64,000 nt of DNA, from assembly GCF_964355755.1 (NCBI RefSeq), contig NC_092670.1, positions 15,672,795 to 15,736,794 on the forward strand, given 5' to 3'. The notes under the pieces are model-generated. The model was given only the letters and a program-made list of their open reading frames with translations, was not told where the DNA came from and made no database searches. Of this stretch, positions 1 to 22,700 are shown in pieces (within the stretch, counting starts at the first letter, position 1; each line of letters starts with the position of its first letter). The DNA is from Antedon mediterranea. Lineage: Eukaryota > Animalia > Echinodermata. A program made the translations under genes and the position numbers.

Positions 1-304
1 TTTTATATAATAAATATTTATACAAAAAACACCTCTGCACTATTTGTAGTTTAATTTAACACGCAACATATTATTCTTCATTGTTTAAATTTTAATTAGT
101 GTTAAGTGTATGAAACTGGCGACATCAGTGAAAGCTAAACAGATCATTTAAGCTGTAATCTTTAATGAACTGTAATCATGAATGTGTTGTTATCGATTCA
201 TTCCATTATATAGTTTACATTTACTGTCTCGTATAAATTTTATAGTAGTATTTTATGTATATAAATTTACATGCATTAGAGAAACTCCACTCCAAAGCCT
301 GTGT

Positions 305-462
305 ATATATATAGCCATTAAAAGACATTCTAAACCACCTCGTGGTGATAATTTTGAAATGATAATTTAAAGATGAGTAAATCAACCCAACTCGGATTCA
401 AACTTGGATCCTTCTGCTTAAAATACAGATGTCCTAACCATTAGACCACTGGGGTTTCATGG
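305..462 (-). mobile_element. tRNA-derived SINE remnant
   Basis: Minus strand TGGTCTAATGG (A-box) ... AGTTTGAATCC (B-box); no complete cloverleaf. Confidence 0.45.
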
Positions 463-577
463 TAATGTTCAAATCTCGTACCTTGTTTTTATGCAGTTGG
501 TGTTTGAAATTAAAAAAATAAATTACAACCGACAATAAGAAAATGCTGTGCAAGCCACTAAAACACTAAACTTTAAA

Positions 578-707
578 GTCTACACTATCAAACTTTATGC
601 GACAACAAAATGTGATGTGGCCAAATATGGACATAATGATGTCATATCATACCATATTTGGGCACATCACTTTTTTGGCAAACTAGTTTGATAGTGTAGA
701 CAGAGCT
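578..707. mobile_element. MITE family A (PIF/Harbinger-like), left TIR eroded
   Basis: GTCTACACTATCAAACT...AGTTTGATAGTGTAGACAGAGCT followed by TTA; internal inverted TGTGATGTG..CATCAC. Confidence 0.85.
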
Positions 708-776
708 TTAGTTCAAAGTATGCATGCTCTTCTACAGTAAATCTAGTAATTACCGACCTATTATTCTCTTTGTTAG

Positions 777-3700
777 GTTGTGCCTAAGGACTACAAGACC
801 ATGGCAGCTCTGTCTAAAGCAATTGCTAAGAATGTGCTTTTTGCTCATCTTGATGACAATGAAAGGAGGTAAACCATTTTCTTTTATTTATTAATTTTTT
901 GATTATATCTTCTAATTGTCTAAATAAAAAAAACTTGATTGTGTGTCAGTCAGTGTCAGAACTATTTGGAAAAGAAGACGTGTACAAAAATGCAAAAAAA
1001 AGTATTTTTGTTTCCCTTTCCCTATTTTTTTTTCCATATCTTTTGTTCTTAATTTCAGTGATATATTTGATGCTATGTTCCCTGTTAAACACAATGCAGG
1101 AGAAGTGGTTATTCAACAGGGTAAGGAAACATTGATTTTATAGAGAAAGTATGCAAACCTTAAGGTTATAATGGATAAACTGGAGTATAAATAGAATTCT
1201 GATGTTTGATGTTTACACATCTTGTTTTTTAGGTGATGAAGGTGACAACTTTTATGTAATTGATAAAGGAGAAGTAGAGGTAAGCAGATAGTAGATAGCA
1301 GATAGATAGTAATTAATGAATTGAAGTATACTTACAGTATATATTCAGAAATATATTTGATTTTCAGTATGCTTTTATACATGAATTTTTCAAATATATA
1401 AAAAGAGCAGAATAGACGACCCAAATAATCCTTATACACAGAAGATTCATTTCCATTAGCTTCTTAAAAACAGTCGTTATTTGTATGTTTGTAGAGCAAT
1501 TTGATTTTGTTGTTATTCAGTCTCGTTATTGTCTTTATGTTTTAGGTATATGTAAACGGTGACATGGTAACGACTATCAGTGATGGTGGTAGTTTCGGTG
1601 AGCTGGCCCTCATCTATGGCACTCCAAGAGCCGCTACTGTAAAGGTTAGTCAATCAACTAAAGCTCTGTCTACACTATCAAACTATTTTGACAAAAAAAA
1701 GTGTGATGTGCTCAAATATGGTAGTGATATGCTTAAATATGGTAATGATATGACATCATCATGTCCATATATGGGCACATCACATTTTGTTGTCACATAA
1801 AGTTTGATAGTGTAGACAGAGTTTAAAACATACTAATGTTTTTATTTCCCTTTTCCTCGCATCCAGCTGTAATTGGAACCTCAATACCCATTTGGTTTTA
1901 GGCAAATTAGAATGAATACGATAATAAGTTAAAGGTAATTGGAAATATAATATTAGCGAGCTGTAGCCTGGTGATTAACGTGCTAGCCTTCCAATCTCAA
2001 GGTCCTGGGTTCAATCCCAGGGCCAAGGTTGTAACTCACGACTCTTTCAACTCCACTCCCTAAGCCTCAAAGACTTAGTTTATAAGCACGATCAATTATA
2101 AAATAGTTTATCCATCCTGTAAGTGGCGAGTTTCTCGCTATGGGATGAAAATGAAATTTAAAAAAAATCCTCCATTATATTACTTATATAGTACTGTATG
2201 TTATCATAATAATAATTTTATAATAACATTATAATTTTTATTTTTTTTTAGGCTAAGATGGACCTCAAACTGTGGGGCATTGATCGTGATAGCTATAGGA
2301 GAATTTTGATGGTAAAGTTGTTGTGTCTTTTATTTTAAACACAATTGTGAAAGATATATCTAATATGGTATTTGTAGATGTAGTGGCCTCCAAGTATAAT
2401 AAATATATACAAATATTTATTTTTTAGGGTTCCACTATTAGAAAAAGGGGCATGTATGAATGCTTGCTGTCAAAGATTTCTATTCTTGGTAAGTTAAATA
2501 TAATTCAGTAAAAACGCAAAAAAAAATGTGTTATAATAAAAAATGAAACTTGTTTACTCATCTGGTAAGAGCTGATCCAAACTAAATTTCATGTTGTTAT
2601 AACTATTTTTCAATTTTCTCTGTGAATTGTCATTGCAGATAGTCTAGACCAGTGGGAGAGGTTGACTGTAGCAGATGCTCTTGTCCCTGTACAGTTTGAA
2701 GATAGCCAGAGTGTAGTCACCCAAGGGGAGCCTGGAGATGATTTCTACATTATTGTGGAGGTAAGAACCTCAAAATGATACATATATGCAATATGTTATA
2801 GATTGATGTCATGTGTTAACAATAAAAGTTAGGCTTAAGCTCTATCTACACTGTCAAACTTATGTAACAAAAAAATGTGATGTGCCCATACATGGAAATG
2901 ATGATGTCATATCACTATTATATTTTAAGTATATCACTACCATATTTGGGCACATCACACCTTTTTTGTCAAACTAGTTTGATAGTGTAGACAGAGCTTT
3001 AGAAGGTGCAGTTGAATGAATGTTAACAGTCATTGTTGTATTGAGTAAGCATTATCGTTTAAACATGTTGAATACCTTTTTGTCAGAACCATTGTACTGA
3101 TTATAACTGTCTATAAACTATCAATGCTTGTTTTTCACAAACATTTCTTGCATAACAATAGGATCATCATATAGGAATCAGCATGTGAGTGCCATGTTGA
3201 TGTTTTTTCTAAATGTTTTTTTTTACTTTCAGGGTAGCGCAGCGGTCCTCCAACGGCGAACAGATGCTGAAGACTTCATTGAAGTCAGCAAATTAGGATC
3301 ATCAGATTATTTTGGTATGTTAAATTCGTTTACCTTTATTTTATTGTCAAGGTGATAGAAACAGTTTTTAATGAGATATTTTACTCTCATGCTGTAACTT
3401 ACATAGTTTCTGTATTGTGAAGTGGACATGCCAAAATTTAGGGCTATCACATACTCACAGTCAATACAATCATAATCACAACTGACCAATCACAAAGATG
3501 TATTACCAGATCTCACCTGTGCATTATTATTTGGAGCTACCATCTAGGATTTTATAATTCAACTGAAGACATTGTACATATGATGGTTCCCTATGGACTT
3601 TAATTGTGTACAATTACACACACTATATCTACGGGTAGAGAAAAACTTATTCTCTAAAACCTCTGTTTCGATGGGTTTATTTGACCTTGTGTTGCAGTAG

Positions 3701-3927
3701 TGTAATATTCTAGTAATGTTGATTTCTACAGTTGCTCAAATTTGTTGTTTACAGGTGAGATTGCATTGATATTGGACCGCCCTCGTGCTGCCACCGTTGT
3801 TGCCCGTGGACCATTGAAGTGCGTTAAGCTTGACAGACAGCGATTCGAGAGGCTTCTCGGCCCGTGCATCGATATATTGAAGAGGAACATCTCTCAGTAC
3901 AACAGCTTTGTCGCCCTCTCAGTTTAG
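777..3927 (+). CDS. PRKAR1A: cAMP-dependent protein kinase type I regulatory subunit (5'-partial; 9 exons in window)
   Basis: Exons 777-868, 1059-1120, 1233-1279, 1546-1644, 2252-2311, 2428-2488, 2639-2760, 3233-3314, 3755-3927 have GT-AG junctions and join in frame: [39 protein letters not shown]...[16 protein letters not shown]...[57 protein letters not shown]. Both cAMP phosphate-binding cassettes are present and the sequence is RI-type. The N-terminus lies upstream of the window. Likely co-ortholog of PRKAR1A/1B. Confidence 0.96.
1662..1823. mobile_element. MITE family A
   Basis: TIR AGCTCTGTCTACACTATCAAACT ... AGTTTGATAGTGTAGACAGAGTT; starts 17 nt after a PRKAR1 splice donor. Confidence 0.88.
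1955..2160 (+). mobile_element. tRNA-derived SINE-like element
   Basis: A-box-like TAGCCTGGTGA and B-box GGTTCAATCCC inside a CCTGG/CCAGG T-arm, but acceptor and anticodon stems are broken; followed by a non-tRNA body and an A-rich end. Confidence 0.55.
2838..2998. mobile_element. MITE family A
   Basis: Same TIRs, TTA on both flanks. Confidence 0.88.
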
Positions 3928-4264
3928 TGGGTGATGTGTATGCATAGAGGATCACACAGGTCTAAATATATAGTTGTGCCATGTGCGTCTGTTACATGCA
4001 CACATTATAATAAGCTGAGAACTCAGTAAAAGTACAAACAGCTAATAATTATATCAATTAAAACAAACGCTTGTTACCTTCTCTGTACAAAGGTCATCAG
4101 AAACCTATTAACATGTTATACAATACAATTATTTTTATTCTTATCTACCTAAGAACAGGTTAATCTCTCTTAATTAATTTGGAACAAAATATAGAGAGAC
4201 TTAAAGCAAAGCTCCTTTTCTAAATCTTATTGAGACCTGCAGTAGTATATGATTTCTACATTGA

Positions 4265-4416
4265 AATGTATTTTAAATCACACATACTGTACTCGGACAA
4301 AATACAATGAATAGTTGCTTCCTTTAGCTCTACTTTGGAATGTATTTTAAATCACACACACACATACTGTACTCGGACAAAACACAATGAATAGTTGCTT
4401 CCTTTAGCTCTACTTT
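4265..4416. repeat. ~75-bp tandem duplication in the PRKAR1 3' region
   Basis: AATGTATTTTAAATCACAC...CCTTTAGCTCTACTTT at 4265-4336 and 4339-4416; the CA tract is longer in copy 2. Confidence 0.88.
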
Positions 4417-6924
4417 CTACTACAGGCTTGTATATAAGATGTTTCATTCTATGGTATATATGTATTGGTATTGTGAGGTAAATGGGTGATTGTTAACGTT
4501 GATTTCCAATGTGCGTTTTAACTATAAACTTAAACAAGTTGGCATTATATTCTTTATTTCAGAATCTACCAAAAATACAGTATAAAGATTATTTAGTGCA
4601 TCATAAGTTCAAAAAGCTTGTATTTTGCTTAAGATATTTGTAATTTAGAACAAAACAATCTATAGTATTTGAAGGTTGGACGTCGTGCATGGCTACCTAA
4701 CCAAAAATAGTAAGTAAATGCGTACAAAATTAAAAGGTTAGAATGGTATAATGAATTGTTACTGAGTGCAGGGCATTCAAATTAGTTTTCTTGCCAGAAT
4801 TACTTTGTTTGCTACACTATTACTACGTTCATTGGAAATCAGACTTTAGCCTAAACCAATCGTCTACTGTACTGTTCTTTGGTGTATATAGTATCCGTAT
4901 ACGTTTATATAAAGGCTCATGTGTGTTTTAACTTTAGTTTAACTGATGTTGTTTTAAAGGGGGCACAGATAAATTTGTGATGGTTCGTCCAAAAGTTTAA
5001 AACCGAGCTTAGTTTGGAACACATTTATAGGATATAATTAAAATGCATTTAATTTGGAAATTTTTGCATAAAATTCATGACATTTATTGCCTTATACGAT
5101 ACAGCATTCAGTCAACCTCGATACATAATGATTATAGCAACCATTTGCGGTTTATGCCCTGGTATCAAGATTCAACAAAAATTAGAACACCCATGTATTA
5201 CAGGTATTATAATTAGTCATTCCATTTCATTGTCAATTTATTCAAATGTTTATTTATTTATACACTACAAACTAATTGTAATCTGAATCTGGTGATTAAA
5301 TGTAAATGTACACTTGTTATCTGATTGGCAGAGATTTTACATCATATATTTTCAAGAATATTATTTTATTATGAATAATTTTGTAGTGTGAATGGTGGTT
5401 TAGTAATGTAACATGTGATTATTGTTTACTTTATCGTTTTGATTTAGCTTTTCGCTTTTTATTTTTGTATCACCATTGAGATCCAGCCACTGATACCCAC
5501 AGCATTGTCATTTTTTTCAGTAATTTGCCTTTGGATTTATATATATATATATATATATCTCTAGTTTAATATTTGTTATGAGTTAGTTACTGGAAAATGG
5601 GAAATAAAATCACTTTAGTCCAACAATGAAATAAAGCATGTACAGTATTTATATCTTCCATTCAATATGTCAACTGCAGTTACTGCAGTAATTTTACACT
5701 TTGTGCTCAGGATTATTTGTAGTTACTACATTTTTTAAGTTGAATTAAGATTTATATCTGGTTTCGAATTCGTACTTTTTGGATTTGAAAGTTTGGAAGT
5801 TAAATCATAATTATATTTTTTATTCTTTCCACAAGTGATTGATAACGTAATGCTAACACAACACAATATATTGCACAACAATTTTAAGGTTTATAAATGC
5901 ATTACTTCATTGGATTATGATTCCATTATGAATTTTTGCAGACCTATTGCATTTAAAAAAATTAACTTAATTGTAGTACAGAATAACCATACTTTTGGTT
6001 ATAACAATGTATGGGAAAAAATGCTTGATGGAAATACAGACATCATCGTAGACAATTTTTAAGTGCTAAAAACCTAAATATTGTTATATTTAAAGTTTAT
6101 CGGCAATGAATGAATGTAATTAGCAAATCTTAATTATGTGATCATTTCCCAGCAAAAACAAGGATGTACAGTATATGGAAGTAATTTGACCAATCACAGT
6201 GATTTAACCACAGGAAATAAAATGCGGTTTTTGCAAGAAAAGGGAACAATCTCTGTTCAAGCCACTGGGCTGTCAAAGACCTCTGTGAAAAAGTGGTCAG
6301 GTTGAAACCTTATCAACCGTACTGGTGGCTACGGCCCTAATTCACAAACAAATCATTCAAACTTTCGCGCGTGATTGGTGAAAAATAATTTTTATGTATG
6401 CATTTGCTTTGTATCTTTATTACTCCTACAAAAATGGTCTAACAGTAACTTGTAATAGAAGAGGTGCCATAAGTGTACCCACATAGTTGCTGTAATTTAT
6501 GCTTTACAAAAGGATATTTAGAGAATAGATAATTATTAGTGCATTCCTAAATGATTCCATTGATATTTGACGTCGTCATTTAGCTCATTTTGCATTCATC
6601 CTTTTATTCCGTACATTTTTGTGGTATCGTAATTAAACAGAGATTAATAATAAATAAGATTTGCTGAAAATGTTTGTTTTGTTTATTCTTGTATTTAATG
6701 GTAAAATGTAAAGTCATAGTCTTTCTAAGTTTCAATGCTTTATTTAATTTTCCTACCATTTCTTCTATATGTATCACACAGTTTCAATTGGGTGGATGCG
6801 AAAATGGCATTGAATGCCATGGGACCACAACCTCCAGTAAGTTTACATACATAGGGAGAAAGAGATTTGATTTCACCCATTTCCATTCACATTTTTGGTA
6901 AATTAAAAAAAAAAACTTTCAAGA

Positions 6925-7110
6925 AAGGAGGAAACGCGTCTGTTCACGCACGCGCACGCATATCCGGTTTACGCGCATCCAATATAAACGCGCCGCGTAT
7001 CCGATGTACGCGCTAAACTTCCGCGCGCGATTGACTTTATTTACATACAGGTGGTAGCGGTGGTGCACGAGGAAACGAAAGAAGTGATATAGCGCTCTCA
7101 GTGTTGCAAA
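6925..7110 (+). promoter_or_regulatory. CpG-rich putative TMEM184 promoter
   Basis: Dense cluster of ACGCG/CGCG motifs plus CCAAT in otherwise CpG-poor DNA, 160-340 nt upstream of the ATG. Confidence 0.5.
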
Positions 7111-7269
7111 AACGACAAAACGTACGATCAATGACTGATATACACCTCCATATTGATTCATCTTTATTGTTTTGTTTTAGAAAATGATTCGATAATATCG
7201 TACAAAGACAGACAAATCAATTTTGAACTTGATATTTTTCTGATTGTTTATATTTGGTGGTTGTGTTCG

Positions 7270-15581
<8,312 letters not shown>

Positions 15582-17296
15582 GAGGTATTCTTTGTTATAT
15601 ATATATATTGGTGCAATCGCAATGTGTGCACTTTGCTTACAAAAAACGTCCCATTTCACAAATCACAATATTTATTGACACTGTTGCAAATAGTTTTTCC
15701 TGGATTTATAACCTCCTTCATTCTTATGTTAGTAGTATTGCTTTTTCTTATGAAATGTCCCATTTTAAAATTCAACACACACCATCTGACACTTTTCCTA
15801 CCTAGTCTTTTCCATTCCATACTTGCTTATAATTACTGTATGAAAGTAGGTTTGGTGACTCAACACACACATTCACCATCAAGAGTTGGCATATGCTTTA
15901 TTCCTTTTCCATCCCATACTTAGGTAGAACTCTTAAGATCGATTGACTCTACTGCTCAGAATTCTCACTCATTCACTGTTTATATAAATTCTATTCCTGA
16001 GAAGTCTTTTCAATACTTATTGCATTATAGTAGAATTCACAACTCAATTCACTGACTGATTGACTCTATTCCTCAATCTTTTCTATCCCATATTAGCTGA
16101 ATACATTAATCATCATTTCTTTGATATTGTATCTAGTACAGATACACAGATACCTCACTGTTATTATTGAAATCTTTTCAAAGAAGCCATACTACTGCAC
16201 CCATAGTCTTTTATAAATACTTTCCTTTTGTTCAACCTCTTTGTGCATTGGCTTATGCTTTTTAGTATGATCAGCTAACAAAATGGAACTTTTTGAAGTA
16301 TAATGAATGGAAAATTAACAATCCACATTATGGTTATTAATGTATAAGTCTAACTAAACTTGTGCAAACAGGTTAAGCCGGTGTAGGTGTCTAATATGTA
16401 TATTATATGTTGTTGTGTTGCCTATAATTCTTTGTGGGACTTGGAGTTAGTTTGTTTGTTTTTGGGTTGGATGTGAAATTGCTGAGATTGGATAAGGTAG
16501 GTATGTATAAGTGTACTGGGGAGGTTCTTCTCAATATACCTAATCATCTTTCACTCTTTTGTGTACTGTTGCACACATACCTCGTTAGTTTTCTTATAGA
16601 AATATATATTTATGTTTTTGTTTGTTTAGAGATGGTTATATAGCTTCATTGTTTTATGTCTTTTAACCATGATGCTGTGTGCTGTTGTGATCTTTAGCAA
16701 GTAAGATTTTAGGTGGTGCTACCCAGAATTAAAGCAACCTGTTTCAACCAGAAATGATTTTTATAAATGAGTACAGTTTTGCAAATAATTTATTATAATA
16801 ATTTCTTAAAAGCAATAATTACAATATTGAATTTCAGATTATAACAAAAAAATAAATCATGAGTATTATAATTTTTCCTTTCACCCGTCAATTGAGTTTT
16901 ATACAATTTAAATTATTATTATTATTAATTATCTCAAATTGTACTTTTCTTTACATTTTTACTAAAAGGGACACATCTGTATTATATTAGCTGCCTTATA
17001 TTTTTATAATTTTGTTAACAATTTCTTTTAAGGCTTTTTTACTGTTGAATTATGCTATTCTGTATATTATTTTGATTTAATAAAAAAAAGGCCACAGATT
17101 TTTATGTATTTTAAAAAGGAAAGAGAGGTGTGTTTTACCTGTTGTTCGTAACAGTATACAAATTAGTATTGGGATTATCGATTTGCTATTGTTGATCAAA
17201 AAGTTCATATTGCTTTTAATTAACAAACACTGAAATATTTTTAAGTGAGTTGTTTATGTACTTAAGATCATTTTGGAATGCTTAAAATGTACAGTA

Positions 17297-17638
17297 CATC
17301 TATTGGTTATCATATCCCGTGTTGGTTCCCATATCCTGTGTTGGTTACCATATCCCGCGTCAATTACCATATTCTGTGTCGATTACCATATCCCGTGTTG
17401 GTTACCATATAACATGTTGGTTGCCATATCATGTGTTAATTACCATATTGCATGTTGTTTACCATATCCCGTGTCAGTTTCTATATCCTGTGTTGGTTAC
17501 CATATCCTGTGTTGGTTACCATATCCTGTGTCAGTTTCTATATCCTGTGTTGGTTACCATATCCTGTGTTGGTTACCATATCCTGTGTCGATTACCATAT
17601 TCCGTGTTGGTTACCATATCCTGTGTCAGTTTCCATCC
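17297..17638. repeat. 19-bp minisatellite (TTACCATATCCTGTGTTGG)n
   Basis: About 18 variant units; source of the repetitive ORFs at 17273-17736. Confidence 0.92.
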
Positions 17639-17730
17639 TACATTTGTCCAGATTGCTTTTTATAGGATTTGAACCAAGATGTTTTCAGACCAATCAAATA
17701 CTGCAAGCCAAATGTCACCATAACTCCCTG

Positions 17731-17892
17731 CCATAACCTCTCATCCATAACCTCTCATCCATAACCTCTCATCCATAACCTCTCATCCATAACCTCTCAT
17801 CCATAACCTCTCATCCATAACCTCTCATCCATAACCTCTCATCCATAACCTCTCATCCATAACCTCTCATCCATAACCTATCATCCATAACC
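17731..17892. repeat. 14-bp tandem repeat (CCATAACCTCTCAT)n
   Basis: About 11.5 nearly identical units. Confidence 0.95.
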
Positions 17893-18586
17893 GAACAACC
17901 AATATGACATTAAAAACTGAACAGTAACTCGCCATTATTTACTGTCGTCCTTCGACTGCTGTACTTAAGTTCTGTTCTTTAAGTTGCTTTCTTAAAATGT
18001 GATCAGTATTTCTTAAGATGTATCCAATGTTAATATTCTTGAATATGTATGCTATACTATGTTTTGTATGCCTTGTTGATGTAATCTTAATCATGGTACT
18101 GTACTTATTGTAAATACTTAATTTAATCAGTTTACTATAAACATATATTTTTTAATGTTTAGATATATAGACTGTAAAGATAGCACAAAGATTATATATA
18201 GTGAAAATTCTTTTTAAATTTATTGTACTATTTCAAACAACAAAGAAGAATAAGTATAGGAAAAACACAATTTACAAAAGTACTTATAAATTACAAAAGT
18301 GAAACATATAATTGATGTTTTATATTAAGTTCTGTATATTGGATGGAAACCAAAATAAAATTAGTATATCTATACAGCACTCACACGAATAAGTTTTCTA
18401 GGGCTTGCTAGTAGAAGGTTGTTGAAAGGGGGAATTTGATTAAATGATTTATAAATTTGCAATAGTTATTTGTTGTGTTTGTGGAGTGATTTACTGCAAG
18501 AATGTGTAGCTGTTGAGTGGATGAACATCAATGCAAATTAACAAGAATAGCGGATAATAAAAAAAGAGAAGAAAACGTTAATCTAA

Positions 18587-18696
18587 AGCTATGTCTACAC
18601 TATCAAACAAAAAAGTGTGATGCACCCATTTGTGGGATATCACTACCATATTTGGGCACATCAAATTTTTTTTAGTTTAATAGTGTAGACAGAGCT
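18587..18696. mobile_element. MITE family A, internally deleted
   Basis: Same TIRs, shortened interior. Confidence 0.82.
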
Positions 18697-19760
18697 TTAG
18701 GAATGCTTATCCGTGTGAGTATGGTAATTGATAAAAGTTGTCATGTTATACTCCTTTATCACATCACCTAGTAGGAAAAAAAGTGGAATTTACACACACC
18801 ATACAAAATTCAGGTGTTGACGCCCTAGTGTGGTGATGTAAAAGAGGTATACAAGACTTTTTAATGACCTTTCTGACCAGTGTTGCTGGCTCTGTGGAGT
18901 TCCGCCACTACTAGAAGTAAATGTCCACCACATCTGGTTAAAACCTCGATCATTCAGTGTTTTAGATTTAGAATACAATTATACAAACATTACTATTACA
19001 GGGATATCAGTACCGATCTCTATTATATATACAGTATATGTTGTCATGTATGTAAAGATTATGTACTTAGACTTTCATCTATATATAAATCTGGGTGAGA
19101 TGAGTTATTCCAATAAAAGGAAACAAAGTATTTGTATTGCGTGTATATAAATATTATAAACAAGTGTATAAAATAGTTTTATTGTATAATGTTTAATAAT
19201 AGTGGTATATGTTTTCGAGACAATAATTTTAAACGTAAACAAAAGTTATTCTTTCTATGTTGGAAGATGTTGCATTCCATATTATTATTAATACTGTATA
19301 TTCCCCCGTTTTAGAATCTGTGGGGAAAATGTTTTGTACTCCTGTAGTCGTAAAGTAACAATTGATAACTTGTCACATGTCTATAGAAACTTAAGATGTA
19401 TGTTTTTATCTATAGAAATTATTCTGCTAAAACCTACCAATATGTTTATTGTAGCATGGAGGAAAAATCTTCTCCATGATTGTAGTATGTATTGATGGCT
19501 GTCACAAGTTTAATAAAAATATATATATGTAAAAGCGAGTTTGATTTACTTCAATAAAACCAACTACCACAACACTCATAAGCAAAACACAAACAATGTA
19601 ATATAATTTAATTGAAACAATTTATTTTTAATTATACAACGAAATACACTTATATCACATTGGTTTTTAAGATAAGTATATCTAATACAGATGTGGTCTG
19701 CAAATTCCATTCAAATTGTATAAATGTAATTTAAAAAATTTCAAGCATTTTGCATTTTTT

Positions 19761-22700
19761 TTAATCTTCTTCGACGCCCAGACGAGAGCTAAGTGCAAGT
19801 GTTACCTTACGCAGGGATGGCTGAGCATGAGGAAACTCCTGATTAAGACGATCGATGATTGTAGCAAGCGTGTGCACACGATCCGTTTGCTTTTGATACT
19901 CCGTATCCAACGCAGACTCAGTCTTACATAACAGCGTGTATTTGCCATCTCGGTTTGACTGGTAGTATTTTGATTTCTGTTGTCTGGCTAGAATCTCCGT
20001 CATATTCTACAATAATTAATAAATTTGATAATTATTATTTATAGCATGTGTAATAATCAGGTTTATTTTCAGTGGCTAGTTTGTTATGAGCTACTTAAAA
20101 CGTATTGATAATGAATAACTGCAGAAGGGATGTATTTCTCATCAGAACATGGCATTGACAACCAAGTCCCAAGTAGTGTACATGTAAAAATCGACTATGG
20201 ATATGTGAATCGGCTAGTGAGACATACAGAAGTGTTATTTAACTGGATGTTGGTGTTTCAACAGCTGCTCATACATGTACTGCGCGAACATGTATTGCCT
20301 TGGTATTAACTGACCAATCAGTAATCAAATAGCGCACTACTATTCTTTCCTCCCGAGATTTCACAAGGTTGGTGTATGCATGTGTGAAAAGATGCAATAA
20401 GTCCGGAGATCAAACCTGGTTACAACTTGTTACAAATTGTAAAAATGTATGCAGATGTGAAAAGGGTATTACACTACTATACACACCAATGCAAAAACTA
20501 ACCTTTTGTTTGATTTCCATCAGTCTGTCGATATCTCCATCAAGTGTGTCAGCCATACTCTGTAGCTGTTGGAATGTCGTCTGCTTTTCTTGCAACTGTT
20601 CACTTAGCATCTGCTGATGTGTTCTCAGCTGTTGGATCTCTGCATCACATGAACTACTGTCCTGCAAAGTGAAATTGTATTGTATTATTCAACCATCATC
20701 ATCATCATTGGCTTAAGAAGAAATCAATGATTGTTTCTAACATCTGTCTCACTATGAAGGAGGTGTAGCTGGAGCATTCATCCTTTTTTTTCTTCTTGTT
20801 TGTACGCTGTAAATATGTTTTCACATTGTAGATATTTTCCTAGAGTATGTTATTAATTATTTTAAATTTTGTGACAGTTTATTATTGGTTTTATACTGAA
20901 TCTTACCATTAGTTTACTACTGTAAAATTGTAAAAGAGGAAGTTTGTTATACAAATGCTATTGTATACATCCATACACATGGGATATTAAAATGATCGAA
21001 AATTGTTGGGAAACTGACTATTAAGGGAGCAAAACTTTCCTAGTGTTTTATATTTACCTGTTGAACTTGCTTTATCTTTTTACCCATCTCAACCAGTTTC
21101 TTTTTAAAGGTTCCTTTTGTTTCTACTTTTTTGTTCAATTTACTCTGCGCATCTCCTCGTGTCACAATCGTATCTCTACGCGACACAGACTTCTCCATAT
21201 CCTGGATCAACTTCTCCTGGAGTTTCATCAGCTGTGTGTGGCGGACCTCCATACGGTGGATCTCGGATGTCATGGCCCGAATCTCTCCTTGTCCTACATC
21301 GGAGTCAACTGTTGCTTTAGCTTCACGGGCCAGCTGGGTCTTTTTCTCCCAAAGCATAATCTGGCGTCTTAAAAGGTAACGAATATTTTCCATTAAATTA
21401 ACATACAGTATTTCTTTATTTTCTTTACACTTTGTGAATATTCTATATTACAGATAACTATCAACTGAGGTTTGATGTAATAAGTTTAGATCACACTTAC
21501 AGAATCACAGAACATTACACCGACATGATGTTGTATACAATGTCATACGGATTAAACATCTAAATACATTGTTAAGATATTTCAATGTTGTAACATATAC
21601 TTACTCCGCCTCCACAAGGCTGTTTAGAAGGCGTTCTTTCTCTTCTGCCTGTTCCTCTAGTTTGTTTTGCATTTCAATTGACTCCTTTTCAGCTTCCTTT
21701 ATTCAGAAAAGAAGAGTGTAAAAGAAAAACAGTGTAAATTTAAAAAAACACTGAATTTGTATACATCTTTAGACTTGCTGTATTATTACAACAATTGCTT
21801 TTCTGTTTTCTACTATTATCTGAATAAATGTGAACTACTGTATTAAGCTCGGTCTACACTATCAAACTAGTTCGACAAAAAAAGTGTGATGTGCCTAAAT
21901 ATGGTAGTGATATGACATCATCATGTCCAAATATGGGCACATCACATTTTTTTTGTCACATAAGGTTTGATAGTGTAGACAAGGTTTTAAACTGACCTTG
22001 AGTGAAAGAATGAAATCATTCTCCACCAGTATGTTATCCTGTTGCAGGTTTTGTTTAATTTTGCCTTCTTTAGTCAGCAACAGGTTCAACTTGATCATAT
22101 CATTCTGCAAGTTTCTCATACTGACTGACACGCTACTATGCTCCGTCTGGTGCGTTGTGATCTCATCTAATGTAAAGGATAACATTTGTTAGTTTGCAAT
22201 GTGGTACTGTAACACGTCTGAAATTCCAGGAATTTTGTTATTTATCACTAATGTTGTGGTTGTTATAAAACGCATGTTACATGTATACTTGTTCTGTGCA
22301 TTTTCTGTATGTTATGAGTACATCTTCTGTATATATTTGTGGGTTTAATAAGGTATATTATTATGTATATATTTCATAAAATAGATTTCCTTACTTTCAA
22401 TTCTCATTTTTTTCTGATGAAGGATTGTAAGTGCCTTTTTCATAGTGTCTACCTCGTTCTGTTGGCTATCTTTTTCTTTGCTCATCTTCACAAGTTCACT
22501 TTGCTGTCTTAGCCAGAATTGTTGGAGGTCGCCAATTTCTTGACCTCTGGTGTCGATTGACTTCTGCATAGCAGCTACTTCTTGCTCCAGTGGACCTAGC
22601 TCTTCCCCCTACAATTGACAAATATATTTATGAATTAATATGCAAGGTATAATAATATGCCCCTAGAGGAGCTTTTATCAATTATAGCTACCTTACATCT

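Noticed and set aside
1955-2030. Functional tRNA gene
   Set aside because: Only A/B boxes and the T-arm fit; acceptor and anticodon stems do not pair, so a SINE head is more likely.
17273-17736. Overlapping Cys/Tyr/His-rich ORFs
   Set aside because: Translations of the 19-bp minisatellite in several frames; no splice or homology support.
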